Shown here one piece after another: positions 63,135-64,000 of a stretch of DNA of 64,000 bases. Both the position numbers and the translations under genes were made by a program. Location: positions 65,957 through 129,956 of the forward strand of contig JAPLXR010000007.1 in assembly GCA_026395955.1 (NCBI GenBank), given 5' to 3'. Origin of the DNA: Candidatus Nomurabacteria bacterium. Its GTDB lineage: Bacteria > Patescibacteriota > Minisyncoccia > Phycocordibacterales > UBA9973. Position 1 is the stretch's first letter, and every line of letters begins with the position of its first letter. The notes beneath the pieces were generated by a model. It was not told the DNA's origin and did not search any database. It worked only from the letters and a program-made list of their open reading frames with translations.

Positions 63135-64000
63135 ATGACTAACAAAAAATACACACAAGAAGACCTCAACAAAATCCTCTGGGAAGCAGCGGATTCTTCT
63201 CGTACACAAGTAGACGCGGGAATCTATAAAGACTACGTGCTTGCGATTCTTTTCTTTAAGTACTTGAGTGACCTCTCAAAGAAAAAACGAAACGAGTACA
63301 AGGAACGTTTTGGTAACGACGAAAAGCGTACCGAAGAAAAAATGAAGCTCGACCGCTTCTATCTCCCTCCGAAGTCATCATTCGATTATATCTACTCAAT
63401 TATTGAACAGGACAATCTCGGTGAAGAAATAAACAAATCTCTCCATCGCATTGAGGATGCCAACAAGGAAAAGCTTGATGGCGTATTTTCTGTGGACTTC
63501 AACTCCGAATCAACACTTGGAAAACTTACAGAGCGAAACAAGATGCTCCGCCACCTCATACAGGACTTTGCGAAGATGGATCTTGCTGATGTGAACGATG
63601 ACATCATCGGAAACTCCTACATGTACATGATCGAACGCTTTGGAGCTGATGCAGGTAAAAAAGCTGGCGAGTTCTTCACTGTTCGCAATGTTGCAAAGCT
63701 TGTCGCTAAACTCGCAGAACCAAAGCCAGGTGCTCGTATCTGCGATCCTTGTACGGGGTCTGGTGGACTTCTTCTCCTTGCTGGTGAAGAAGTGGAAAAA
63801 CAAGGTTCAAAAAACTACGCTCTCTACGGTCAGGAATCAACAGGTTCAACCTATCAGCTCGCTCGTATGAACATGTTTCTCCACGGAAAAGATTCAGCAC
63901 GAATCGAATGGGGCGACACACTCAACAACCCACTTCTTGTAGAAAATGATCATTTGATGAAATTCGACACGATCGTTGCCAACCCGCCATTCTCTCTCAA
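63135..64000 (+). CDS. hsdM: type I restriction-modification N6-adenine methyltransferase subunit HsdM (partial, runs off window end)
   Basis: Not in the ORF track (no stop within the window). Translation from the ATG at 63135 gives the HsdM N-domain (KILWEAADSSRTQVDAGIYKDYVLAILFFKYLSD), motif I DPCTGSGGLL and motif IV NPPF. Confidence 0.8.
   Translation, partial: MTNKKYTQEDLNKILWEAADSSRTQVDAGIYKDYVLAILFFKYLSDLSKKKRNEYKERFGNDEKRTEEKMKLDRFYLPPKSSFDYIYSIIEQDNLGEEINKSLHRIEDANKEKLDGVFSVDFNSESTLGKLTERNKMLRHLIQDFAKMDLADVNDDIIGNSYMYMIERFGADAGKKAGEFFTVRNVAKLVAKLAEPKPGARICDPCTGSGGLLLLAGEEVEKQGSKNYALYGQESTGSTYQLARMNMFLHGKDSARIEWGDTLNNPLLVENDHLMKFDTIVANPPFSL

Larger units (their letters stand above)
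60100..64000. mobile_element. GC-richer genomic island/integrative element next to tRNA genes: large serine recombinase + unknown cargo + hsdS fragment + hsdM (continues beyond window)
   Basis: Abrupt compositional shift (visibly higher GC than the preceding 60 kb) that begins just downstream of the tRNA pair at 59791-60052. Includes a site-specific recombinase gene. Confidence 0.45.

Overview
This is an AT-rich, gene-dense bacterial chromosomal segment, mostly plus-strand operons. It has six tRNA genes (Arg-TCT, Val-TAC, Leu-GAG, His-GTG with encoded G-1, Ser-GCT, and a divergent type-II tRNA with an ACT anticodon loop), many rho-independent terminators, and several short GC-rich patches that look foreign. 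Gene content: a type IV pilus PilM/N/O module, minimal lower glycolysis, heavy dependence on salvage and transporters, and many fused or truncated enzymes. This suggests a reduced-genome, CPR/Patescibacteria-like organism (inference only). Recognisable blocks: (1) pilMNO plus a Hanks-like kinase. (2) rplS and tRNA-Leu. (3) A vitamin B12 block: membrane protein, class II ribonucleotide reductase NrdJ and PduO adenosyltransferase, followed by a cobalamin riboswitch driving a DUF4430-like protein, a QW-repeat alpha/alpha-toroid surface protein and a P-type ATPase. (4) Metal transporters (MgtA-like, ZIP, NRAMP). (5) secE-nusG-rplK. (6) A large deoxynucleotide/thymidylate block: HAD nucleotidase, dCMP deaminase, MazG, DHFR, ThyA, SHMT, a dTMP-kinase/DNPH1-like fusion, dUTPase. 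(7) Frameshifted argS. (8) A 1037-aa beta-helix/lipase surface protein. (9) A restriction-modification and nuclease island: two Dam-class MTases, a candidate endonuclease, HARE-HTH nuclease, Smr, ArsR, GIY-YIG, YgjP, VOC. (10) ileS carrying an inserted histidine-phosphatase domain behind a T-box-like leader. (11) recG and an orphan two-component pair. (12) A 2-hydroxyacid dehydrogenase, a PGAM/truncated pyruvate kinase fusion and enolase. (13) A GC-richer island at the 3' end with a large serine recombinase, an hsdS fragment and partial hsdM. Most unusual: the phosphatase domain inside IleRS, the split transcobalamin-like B12 capture pair under a riboswitch, the PGAM-PK(A-domain only) fusion, a short GC-rich palindromic element family that is also inserted in-frame in argS, and the nuclease-rich island next to the R-M genes.
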